Shown one piece after another: positions 51,709-64,000 of a stretch of DNA of 64,000 nucleotides. The DNA lies in the NCBI RefSeq assembly GCF_006345805.1, contig NC_043000.1, positions 51,150,001 to 51,214,000 of the forward strand, given 5' to 3'. Made by a program: the position numbers and the translations under genes. Below the pieces are notes generated by a model that saw nothing but the letters and a program-made list of their open reading frames with translations, was not told the origin of the DNA and did no database searches. This stretch comes from Octopus sinensis (taxonomy: Eukaryota). Each line of letters opens with the position of its first letter. The stretch's first letter is position 1.

Positions 51709-52010
51709 GGGTAGAGACCCCCTTCGGTCATGAATGACCATGGGATTGCACCTAGAAAGTTACCCTCCTAGACACAAGTCTGGGCAAGGTTGTTTATGGA
51801 AGACCAGCAGTCACCCATGCATACCGGCCTCCCCTATCCACGACACTAGTGTTATCCAAGGGAAAGACAAAGGTCGATACAGCTTGGCACCAGTGACGTC
51901 GCAAATCATTTCTACAGCTGAGTGAACTGGAGCAACGTGGAATAAAGTGCCTTGCTCAAGAACACAACACGCAGCCCGGTCCGGGATTCGAGGTCACAAC
52001 CTCACGATCG
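51709..52010 (-). mobile_element. Family D SINE (tail type 2), 5' end missing
   Basis: First about 105 nt of the sense strand are homologous to 30630-30735; the 3' half is different and ends GGTCA-TTCA-TGACCGAAGGGGGTC; CpG-rich. Confidence 0.85.
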
Positions 52011-52045
<35 letters not shown>

Positions 52046-52058
52046 GTATATATGTATG

Positions 52059-52089
<31 letters not shown>

Positions 52090-52117
52090 GTATAATATAT
52101 ATATATATATAGTATAT

Positions 52118-52158
<41 letters not shown>

Positions 52159-52159
52159 G

Positions 52160-52246
<87 letters not shown>

Positions 52247-52249
52247 GAT

Positions 52250-52290
<41 letters not shown>

Positions 52291-52313
52291 TATATATATA
52301 TATATAATATATG

Positions 52314-52370
<57 letters not shown>

Positions 52371-52475
52371 GTTATATATGTATATAATGTATATATTATA
52401 TATATATATATGTATATATATGTATATATATATATATATATATTATATATATGTATATATATATATGTATATATG

Positions 52476-52506
<31 letters not shown>

Positions 52507-52514
52507 GTATATAT

Positions 52515-52561
<47 letters not shown>

Positions 52562-52676
52562 GTATATATGTATATATATATTATGTATATATATATATAT
52601 GTATATATGTATATATAATATATGTATATATATATATATGTTATAGATATATATATATATATGTATATATGTATAT

Positions 52677-52708
<32 letters not shown>

Positions 52709-52755
52709 ATATATATGTATATATATATGTATTATATATATTATTATATATATTG

Positions 52756-52786
<31 letters not shown>

Positions 52787-52803
52787 TGATATATATATAT
52801 ATG

Positions 52804-52874
<71 letters not shown>

Positions 52875-52929
52875 ATATATATATGTATATATATATATAT
52901 GTATATATGTATATATATATATAATGTTA

Positions 52930-52973
<44 letters not shown>

Positions 52974-53312
52974 ATATATATATATATATATTATATAGGT
53001 GTAGAATGAAATAAATGATTTCTGTTCAATCTGCGTTCAGCTCCATTTCTTCAATCACCAATATGTTTTTAATTTCAATATCCGCACCACGCACGGTTGC
53101 ACGCAGATGTTGTACCTCCAACCGTGCTGTTCACTGCTGTGATTTGCTACTAAGGTATCGTTAAACTTTTGATTAATCCATACAAGATTATTCATATTTC
53201 TATATTCACATTATATATATATATGATATATATATAATATATATATATATATAGTATATATGTATATATATATATGTATATATATATATATGTTATAGAT
53301 ATATATAATATA

Positions 53313-53357
<45 letters not shown>

Positions 53358-53432
53358 TATATATATGATATATATATATGTATATATGATATATATATAT
53401 ATTATATATATGTATATATGTATATATATATG

Positions 53433-53475
<43 letters not shown>

Positions 53476-53786
53476 GTATTATGTATATATATGTATATTA
53501 TATATAGTATAATATATATGTATATATGTATATATGTATATATATATATATGTATATATGGATATATATATATAATATATGTATATAATATATAATATAT
53601 ATGTATAATATATATATGTATATATATATATATTGTATATATATATATATGTAATATATATATAATATATATATATAGTATATATTATATGTATATATAT
53701 ATATATAGTATATATATATATGTATATATGTATATATATATATATATGTATATATATATAATGTATATATATATATATGTATATAG

Positions 53787-53820
<34 letters not shown>

Positions 53821-54048
53821 ATGTATATATGATATATATATATATGTATATTGTATATATATATATATGATTATATATATATATATATATATGTATATAT
53901 GATATATATATATATGTATATATATATATATGTAATATATATGTATATATATATATGTATATATGTATATATATATATGTATATATGTATATATATATAG
54001 TATATATGTAATATATATATGTATAATGTATATATAATATATGTATAT

Positions 54049-54084
<36 letters not shown>

Positions 54085-54177
54085 ATATATATATATATAT
54101 ATATATGTATATAATATATATATATAATATATATATGTATATATATATATATATATGGTATATATATTATATATATG

Positions 54178-54212
<35 letters not shown>

Positions 54213-54284
54213 TATATATATATAATATGTATATATGTATATATATATGTATATAATATGTATATATGTATATATATATATGTA

Positions 54285-54322
<38 letters not shown>

Positions 54323-54326
54323 ATAT

Positions 54327-54374
<48 letters not shown>

Positions 54375-54432
54375 GTATATATATATATAGTATTATATAT
54401 ATATATATGTATATATAATATATATATGTATT

Positions 54433-54479
<47 letters not shown>

Positions 54480-54482
54480 TAT

Positions 54483-54516
<34 letters not shown>

Positions 54517-54575
54517 TGTATTTAATATATATATATGTGTATATTATATTATATATATATATATGTATTTATATA

Positions 54576-54612
<37 letters not shown>

Positions 54613-54613
54613 T

Positions 54614-54682
<69 letters not shown>

Positions 54683-54705
54683 GTATTTATATATATATAT
54701 GTATA

Positions 54706-54737
<32 letters not shown>

Positions 54738-54758
54738 GCATATATATATATATATGTA

Positions 54759-54792
<34 letters not shown>

Positions 54793-54937
54793 GTATATAT
54801 ATATATGTGTATATATATATGTATATATATATATAATGTATATATATTATATATATGTATAATATATATATGTATATATATATATATATGTATATATAAT
54901 GTATATATATATATATATGTATTTATATATATATATG

Positions 54938-54968
<31 letters not shown>

Positions 54969-55363
54969 GTAATATATATATATATATATATATATTATTA
55001 TATATATAGTATATGTATATATAATATAATATATATGTATTATATATATATATGTAATATATATATATATTGTATATATGTATATATTATATATATATAT
55101 GTATAATATATATATATATATATAGATATGTATATATATATATTATATATATTATAATATATAATATATAATATATATATATGTATATATATATATATAT
55201 GATATAATATATATATATGTAATATATAATATGTATATATATGATATTATATATATGTATATATGTATATATATATATGTATATATATGTATATATGTAT
55301 ATATATATATGTATATATATGTATTATATATGTATATATATATATGATATATATGTATATATG

Positions 55364-55413
<50 letters not shown>

Positions 55414-55427
55414 GTATATATATATAT

Positions 55428-55473
<46 letters not shown>

Positions 55474-56897
55474 TATAATGTATATATATATATGTATATA
55501 TATATATGTATATATATATATAGTATATATGTATATATATATATGTATATATATATATATGTATTGTCACAAATTACTCAGACTCGGCATAACAGGAAAA
55601 GTAGGTGAGTGGATACATGACTTCCTGAAGGACAGAAGCCAGATGGTTTTGCAGCCAATGGAGCCCTCTCGGGTAAAGACACCAATAGTAAGCGGGGTGC
55701 CACATGGCACAGTCTTGGGACCCTTGATGTTTGGTGGCGCTCTCACATGCCCTTAGCACAAACAACATCCTCACTAGCTATGCTGATGACACAAAGGTAG
55801 CACAGGCAATCAAAAACCCAGCTGATGCTGACCTTTTACAACAAGATCTGGATGCCATATACAAAGGGCTGAAGACAACAACTTGCAATTTAATGCTGGT
55901 AAATTTAAGCCTTAAATATCAAGCTGTAAACACATATACATTATACATACTATACTGGTCCAGGAGGGATCGAAATCCCAGTATCGAAATCAATACGGGA
56001 CCTGGGGATAGACATGAGTGACGATGCATCTTTTTCTTCACCATCGCGAAGGTGGCGACAATGTGCAGACGACTCACTGGCGGATCTGAGGACATTCCGG
56101 ACAATAGATATAGACCATGTTGACACTATGGAGGACATTTGTCCTAAGCCGCCTGGATACTGCTCCAACTGTGGTCACCGCATAGTGTCAAACTAACCAT
56201 AAGAGCTTGAGACAATCCAAAGACATTTCACCAAGAGGATTTCCACCATGAAAGAAAAGAACTATTGGGAGAGGCTTAGGGAACTCATTTGTACTCCTTG
56301 GAACGAAGACGATGAGAGATAGCAGTGATATACATTGAAAATCTGGAGGGACTGCACCAAATTTGGAATTAGAGCTGTTCAATCCCCGTACAGGACGTCA
56401 CTGTGTGGTGCCCAAAGGTCCCGTCTTACATCCAGGTAAGGAGCAGATACTGTAATAGCCTGGGTTCAGGGGCCCTCAGCTTTTCAACAAATGCCAAGAA
56501 AACTAAGAGATATTGCATGATGCGGATGTGGACATTTTCAAAAAACATCTAGACAAGCTGCTTTCCGGGATCCCAGATGAACCCACTGCAAGTACGAGGG
56601 TACCTAAGGGCAGCAGCTACAAACTCTCTCTAGATCAGTGGCCAGCCACGCAAACTGGACTTAGAGAGGGTAGCAACAAGGGCGGTGGCCCGCATGGCCT
56701 CAGCCGGATGGCTGAAACAAGTAAAAGAGTAAAAGAGTAAAAGAGATATATATATATGTATATATGTATATATATATATATTGTATATATGTATATATAT
56801 ATATGTATATATGTATATATATATAATATGATATATATATATATATATATATATGATATATATATATATATATATGTTATATATATATATTATGTAT

Positions 56898-56929
<32 letters not shown>

Positions 56930-57216
56930 TGTTATTATATATATGTATTATGTATATATATATATATGTATATATATATATGTATATATGTATATATATA
57001 TATATATATATCTATATATATATGTATATATGTATATATGTATTTATATATATTATGTATATATATATATATGTATTTATATATATATGTATATATATTA
57101 TATATATATGTATTTATATATATATATATGTATATATATATATTATATATATATATATATACGTATTTATAGATATATATGTATATTATATATATATATG
57201 TATATATATATATATG

Positions 57217-57264
<48 letters not shown>

Positions 57265-57327
57265 GTATATTATATATATATATGTATTTATATATATATG
57301 TAATATATATATATGTATTATATATAT

Positions 57328-57377
<50 letters not shown>

Positions 57378-57770
57378 GTATATAATATATATATATGTAT
57401 ATTATATATATGTATATATATATAGTATTTATATTATATATATGTTATAATATATATATGTATATATATATATATATGTATATATATGTATATAGTATAT
57501 ATATATGTTATTATATATATATATATGTATATATATATTATGTATATATAGATATATATGTATATATATATAGTATATATAGATATATGTATATATATAT
57601 ATTATAGATGTATATATATAGTATATATATAGTATATATAGATATATATATATGTATTATATGTATTTATATATATATGTATATATATATATATGTATAT
57701 ATATATATGTATATATATTATATGTATATATATATATGTAGATATATATATATATATATTATATATATAG

Positions 57771-57802
<32 letters not shown>

Positions 57803-57806
57803 GATA

Positions 57807-57848
<42 letters not shown>

Positions 57849-57994
57849 GATGTATATATATATAGATATATATATGTATATATATATATAATATATATAA
57901 TATATGTATATATATATAGATATATATATATATAATATAGATATATATATAGGTATATATATATATATGTATATATATGTTATAGATATATATA

Positions 57995-58026
<32 letters not shown>

Positions 58027-58151
58027 GATATTATATATATGGATATATATAGTATATATATATGTATATATATATCTATATATATATTATATGTATATAT
58101 ATATATATGTAATATATAGATATATATATTATATATATGTATATATATATG

Positions 58152-58222
<71 letters not shown>

Positions 58223-58621
58223 GTATATATATATGTACATATATATGTATATATATATATGTATATATATATGTATATATATATATATAAGTATATATAT
58301 ATTATGTATATATATATATAGTATATATATATATTGTATATATATATATATGTATATGTATATATATATGTATTTATATATATATGTACATATATATATA
58401 TGTATATATATATAATATGTGTATATATATATATGTGTATATGTGTATATATATATATGTGTATATATAATATGTGTATATGTGTATATATATATATGTG
58501 TATATATATATATGTGTATATGTGTATATATATATGTGTATATATATATATATGTATATGTATATATATATATTGTATATATATATATATATGTATATAA
58601 TATATATATATATATATATTG

Positions 58622-58670
<49 letters not shown>

Positions 58671-58733
58671 TATATTATATGTATATATGTATATATATAT
58701 ATGTATATATGTATATATATATATGTATATATG

Positions 58734-58768
<35 letters not shown>

Positions 58769-58950
58769 GTATATATGGTATATATATATATATATATGTA
58801 TATGTATGTATATGTATATATATGTATATGTATGTAATGTATATATATGTATTATGTATATATATGTATATATATGTATATGTATGTATATGTATATATA
58901 TGTATATGTATGTATATGTATATTATATTATATATGTATATATATGTATG

Positions 58951-58983
<33 letters not shown>

Positions 58984-59372
58984 TATATATATATATGTAT
59001 ATGTATATATATATATGTATTATGTATATATATATATATGTATATGTAATATATGTATATATATATGTATATGTATATGTATGTATATGTATATATATAT
59101 ATATATGTATAGTATATATGTATATGTATATATATGTATATAATGTATATGTATATGTATGTATATGTATATATGTATATGTATATGTATGTATATGTAT
59201 ATATAATATATATGTATATGTATATATATGTATATGTATATATATGTATATATATGTATATGTATATATAATATATGTATATTATGTATATATATATATA
59301 TGTATATATATGTATATATATATATATGTATATATATGTATATATATATATATATATTTGTATATATATAAT
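52011..59372. repeat. Giant (TA)nTG low-complexity array in three blocks (52011-52996, 53211-55561, 56746-59372)
   Basis: About 6 kb of TA with G interruptions and almost no C on the + strand. Confidence 0.97.
55562..56745 (+). mobile_element. 5'-truncated CR1/L2-like LINE (RT domain to 3' end), frameshifted
   Basis: [64 protein letters not shown]; terminal hairpin and (GTAAAAGA)3 tail. Confidence 0.95.
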
Positions 59373-59675
59373 AGAAATATGTTACAAAAAGAAAATATAA
59401 AATACACGTGGAAATGTAAGGGTAAAATATGAAAAATCAATGAAAATGTACATTGTAAATAAAAAAATGGCTTTTTATGAAAGGTAACGACAAATATATA
59501 CATTTAGATGAACTGAGGTAGTAATTTAAAGTCATTATTATGAGATGATTATAAAGTCAGAAAACAAAGCAAACCATGGTTTCTGCAAAGCTATTCATTG
59601 CTTTGTATACACCGGCTAATACATGGTGTCAGGTCTAATAGTTCCTGAGAATATGTATATTTATATATGAATATA

Positions 59676-60855
59676 TTGGGTCATGCCATAAATAATGCAG
59701 TTTTTTCAATTGCATGAATTAAAAGTTGGGGGGATGGGATGAAATACCTGCATCAACTTGCTGTAAAAGCAGGTAGTAATTTTTTCTTGAACTTGTTCCT
59801 AGTGCAAGTTTTGAAAACTTTAGTTCGATTTTAACAGTTATTTTTTAAAGCTATAAGGGAAGTGACAAAGGAGCATATTCAGCATATTTTGCTTTATGAG
59901 TTCAATAAAGGCAACAGTGCAAGGAATATTAATGCAATATATGGGGATTAGACAAAAAGTGTAAGCCAGTGTCAATGGTGGTTCCAGAAATTCCAAGCCA
60001 GAAACTACAGCCTAGAAGACAGGCCTCATTGGGGAAGATCTGTAGAGCTCAACGAGGACATTCTGCAAACCCTGATGGAATAAAATATCATAGTAACTGT
60101 TGAGAAACTAGAAGAGAAGCTTGAATTTGGTCATTCAACTATTCATCAACACCTGTGTGCCATTGGAAAAGTCAGAAAATTGGGTCAGTGGGTTCCTCAC
60201 AAACTTTCTAAATCTAATTGCATGCAGAGAGTGAATGTGTGCTCTTCTTGGATGTCACGTCCCATGAATGAACCTTTTTTGGACCAAATAGTGACTGGTG
60301 ATGAGAAATAGGTTCTCTATAAAAATATCAAGTGCCGAAAACAGTGGGTAGGGAAAGGAGAAACACTGGCACCCCAGGCTTATGAAGGTTGTCACTCACG
60401 TAAGGTGTTGCTACTTGGAACTTTTAAACCAAAACCAAATGATAATAAAGAACAGCTTGAGTGGCACTCAAAGAAAAATGACCATCTTTGGTTTCAAGAC
60501 AAAAGGTGTTCTTCCATCAGCCACATACAGCAAGAATGACATTTCAAAGTCTGGAGCAGTTTGAATGGAAAACGATGCCTCACCCACCATATTCACTGGA
60601 TATTGACCCATCTGATTGTCATTTATTCTGCAGTCTTGAAAATTATTTGGACAGAACAAGGCTAGAACTAAACTGGAGGGGTATATTCCATCATGGACAA
60701 GGGAATTTTGGAAGAGGGGCCTTGCAAATCTAGATAGATAGAACAACATTATAGAAAATGAAGGAGAGTACATTTTAGATTAAAAAATAACTTTATCTTA
60801 ATTGTGAAAAATTAAAGATGTATAAAAAAAACACATTATTTATGAGATGACTTGA
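59676..60855 (+). mobile_element. Mariner (DD34D) transposon, near full length, inactive
   Basis: Imperfect TIRs TTGGGTCATGCCATAAATAATG and (rc) TCAAGTCATCTCATAAATAATG with TA flanks. Transposase motifs EHIQHILLYEFNKG, WVPHKL, IVTGDEK, HPPYSLDIDPSDCHLF. Stops, frameshifts and internal deletions are present. Confidence 0.95.
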
Positions 60856-63800
60856 TATATATATGTATGTGAATACAGGTTGCATGCATATCATAATCAT
60901 TATCATGTCCACGTCCCATGTTGGCATAAGTTGGCAGTTTAGAGGTTTTGCCAGAATCCAGTGAGCATAGTTCTACAGATTTATAGAGAAAATGCAAGGT
61001 GTTTTTTCAAGGTATATTCACTAGTGTATTCACCTAGTAAGTTTCACAGTTAAAGATCCCCTTTAACTGTGAGAATAGCTGATAAAATGGTCTCGTCATA
61101 TGAGCTGCTTCTATTTGTATTTGTATATGTATATATGTATGTACAAACATATATGTACAAACATATATGAATATATATATTGACTTGAATAAATATTTAT
61201 TGTAGTTAACATTTTTAAAATTTAGGAATAAATTTATAATAGGGGAATGAGAATGGGTAATTCTTATCAATTTCTGAAGAACATCAGCAGGTTAAATAAA
61301 TTTAATTTGGTCAATAATAAAAAGCAATTCCTGAATTGAATCATCTCATCAGATGCGTATATCTGCAGAGTTAACCTTGTAATAATCTAATTACCAACAG
61401 AAAATTGGAGGTTAATAATCTGATAGGTTTTACTACCTGTAAACAACCATCTTTTTTTTTCATTTTCATTTTCTTATACAAGCTAGCTTGAAATCTCAAC
61501 ATATTTAGTGAAATAGTTCTCCTCCTTTTGCTTGCTACATTATTTAATTAATAGATTCTAAGTATCAGGGTAATGGTATAGAAATGACAAGGCCATATCT
61601 CTAATAGTAGAAGCTTATCGTTTTATCCATTAATTGTATAATCAGTGACTTGTTAATAGCCATCATAATTAATCAATGTTTACAAGAATGAAATGTCTCT
61701 TCTCAAAAATGAATTGTACTAAAATGGTTTTATTTAATATTTGGTTTTTCTCAGCAAAGATAAATGGAGACATTTTACATTTTTCTCACCCACAATAATT
61801 TGTTATCGCTCCCAGTGGCACTATATTATGCTAGGGTAGCATATGTCTAATAACTGATTGATTAAAATTACTCTTTTTCAACAATGAATCACTTACAAAA
61901 GCCATTACAGTTTACAGGAGGTTGAATTTCTTAGCTTACTTTGTTATCTGGTCACTTTTATTTAGAATCAGTCAAACTAAAGAAGGATAACTGACAGCTA
62001 ATGGATTGGTGTTGCGAGTCAGAAACATTATATGTTGTCTTTGTGTTAACTGCCTTTAGAAATTGATATTAAGTATATCTTCTCTTTTTTTTATTCTGCC
62101 TTCAGCACTATCATAATAGATGGTGTCATCATCATCACCAACATGACCGTTGTTGTCACCATCACTATCATATCATAGAAATAGTTAATGTGTTTCATTG
62201 TAATACATTTGCTATCGCAAATTTCTCTGTCACAAACACTGTCACCTCCGTCATCAACATAATCTCCAGTTTCAATTCCACCATTACCATCACAACTACC
62301 ATTAACACCATCATGTTTTTTTTTTTGTATTTTTTTTTATGAAGGCTTATTCTTCTAAAATTTAGACAGAGTATGTCTAAGAAAATTTGGTAATGTGCCA
62401 AAATGCTTCAAAGTATTCAAGTATGATTGGGGAGTTTTGAAAACGTAAGGGGTGCAGTAAGACTATGTGTACTAGAGCATGTAAGACTGGAACAGTGGTT
62501 TTACAGCTGAATGCTTTACTAGAGCTAGTCAGAAAAATCAATGGGATGATAGGGGAGAATGTTGAAATGTTAAAAGCTATTGATCTATCTACTGATATTA
62601 TTTATACAATAAATGTTTATGAACTCTTACATTAAGAAATTATGTATCTTTATGGTGTAGGTGTATGCATGAGTGTGCATGTGTGTATATAATTATGTTT
62701 GAGTGTGTTGATATAAGCACTACATATAATAATTACATATGTGTATGTATGTATATATATATAGTGTGTGTATATATATATGTATATATATGCTGAAGAA
62801 GGAGAGTGAAAGACAAGGAAAGCCAGGAGACATGCAAACTGAGTAGATAAGGTGTTGAACTGACAAACCAAAAGTCATGACTTCAAACATTAGAACAAGC
62901 ATCACATTTTAACCTTAGGCCAACTACATCATTTCACTTTCTTCAGTCATCCTAATTGAAAATAAGTACCATGCTTTCTGTTTACCTATCTGTTTGTTGT
63001 GTGTGTGTGTGTGTGTATGTGCATGGAGGAAGAGATAAAAAAAGTGAAGCAAGAGAAACGATCATACAAGCACAAAATAAAAACAAAATTGTAAAATATT
63101 GTTATTTCACCAAAGTAGTTTCAAAACTAACATGAGAGTAACATATTTGGTAAGTTATGTAAATATTTTCTACTCCTGAAGTATTTAGATACATCGAATA
63201 GTAATCATTGAAAAATAGTATTTGTTCTTTTCAGTATATCATTTATTAGTTTATTTTTTTTATTCACTTATTTATTAAATATGAGACGTTTAAAGAATAC
63301 TACACACACACATACAAATAAAATTAAAAAAATTGAAAAAAAAAAAAGAAATACCAGTTATCAAAAGATTAAAGATATTGAGAACATAGAGAAAATAACA
63401 AAGAATAACTTTCGACATGAATTGTCGATCCATTGCAGTGAATTGTAAATATATTGTAGCACTTCAAAATAACTTCTTTGTATTTTCGCTTTTGTTTCTT
63501 TTTCCTTTTTCTCACATAATAAAGAAACAAAAAACAAAATTTATATATTTATTTTTCATTTTCATTGTCCCTCCCTTTCATGCTCCATCTCAATTTTCTA
63601 ACATTATTATAATTTCTTTTTTTCCTTTTTCTTTCTCGTAGTCTTTCCTTTCTCTCTCTTGTGTTCACTCTCTCTTTTTCCTCATATTTCTATATTTCTC
63701 TGTTTACCCACCTTCTCTTTTTTATTTTATTCTTTTCATATATATATATATATATACATATATAAGTATGTATGCATATGTGTATATGTGTGTACATATA

Positions 63801-64000
63801 TATATATATCCATTAACTTTTCTGATTAAAACATTGTCTCTAATCAGAAGAATGAATTTCAATTTACGTCAGATTATATTGATTTTCTCTCTGCAACAAG
63901 CTATAATTTAATCTGAACATATTAAAGACTCTCCCATTAAGTTTCTGTTATAAGTATGCGTTTAAATTGTGCTTCACTGTTGGAACTTACACTTATTACA

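Noticed and set aside
50624-59503. Dozens of long I/Y/M/C-rich ORFs (up to 337 aa), and similar ones at 7547-8073, 11459-12332 and 24806-25083
   Set aside because: Pure translations of TA/TG/CA microsatellites, which lack stop codons in some frames; no splice or domain evidence.
62100-62320. CAT/CAC-rich stretch giving a Met/Val-rich ORF
   Set aside because: Decayed trinucleotide low-complexity sequence.

Overview
Very AT-rich, microsatellite- and transposon-dense animal DNA. The SINE repertoire suggests an octopus/cephalopod genome, which is an inference. Only one host coding exon is supportable: a 181-nt CUB-domain exon at 12386-12566 (+) with canonical splice sites, resembling the first CUB domain of SOL-1-like proteins. 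The window is therefore probably mostly intron of one very large gene. The rest comprises at least five tRNA-type SINE families, three differently aged copies of a CR1/L2-like LINE, an RTE/BovB-like 3' end, a near full-length dead mariner, Tc1- and Tigger-type MITEs, a hAT/Charlie-type element, a perfect 705-bp tandem duplication and about 6.5 kb of strand-biased (TA)nTG array. Three observations stand out. (i) The commonest SINE shares its 3' end with the local LINE, including a hairpin with compensatory base changes. (ii) A 134-bp-arm palindrome contains a minimal type I hammerhead-ribozyme-like motif, as in Penelope-like elements. (iii) A 5-bp-stem/4-nt-loop hairpin recurs at the 3' end of several unrelated retroposons. 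Nearly all listed ORFs are microsatellite artefacts. Identities were estimated by eye and no database search was run.
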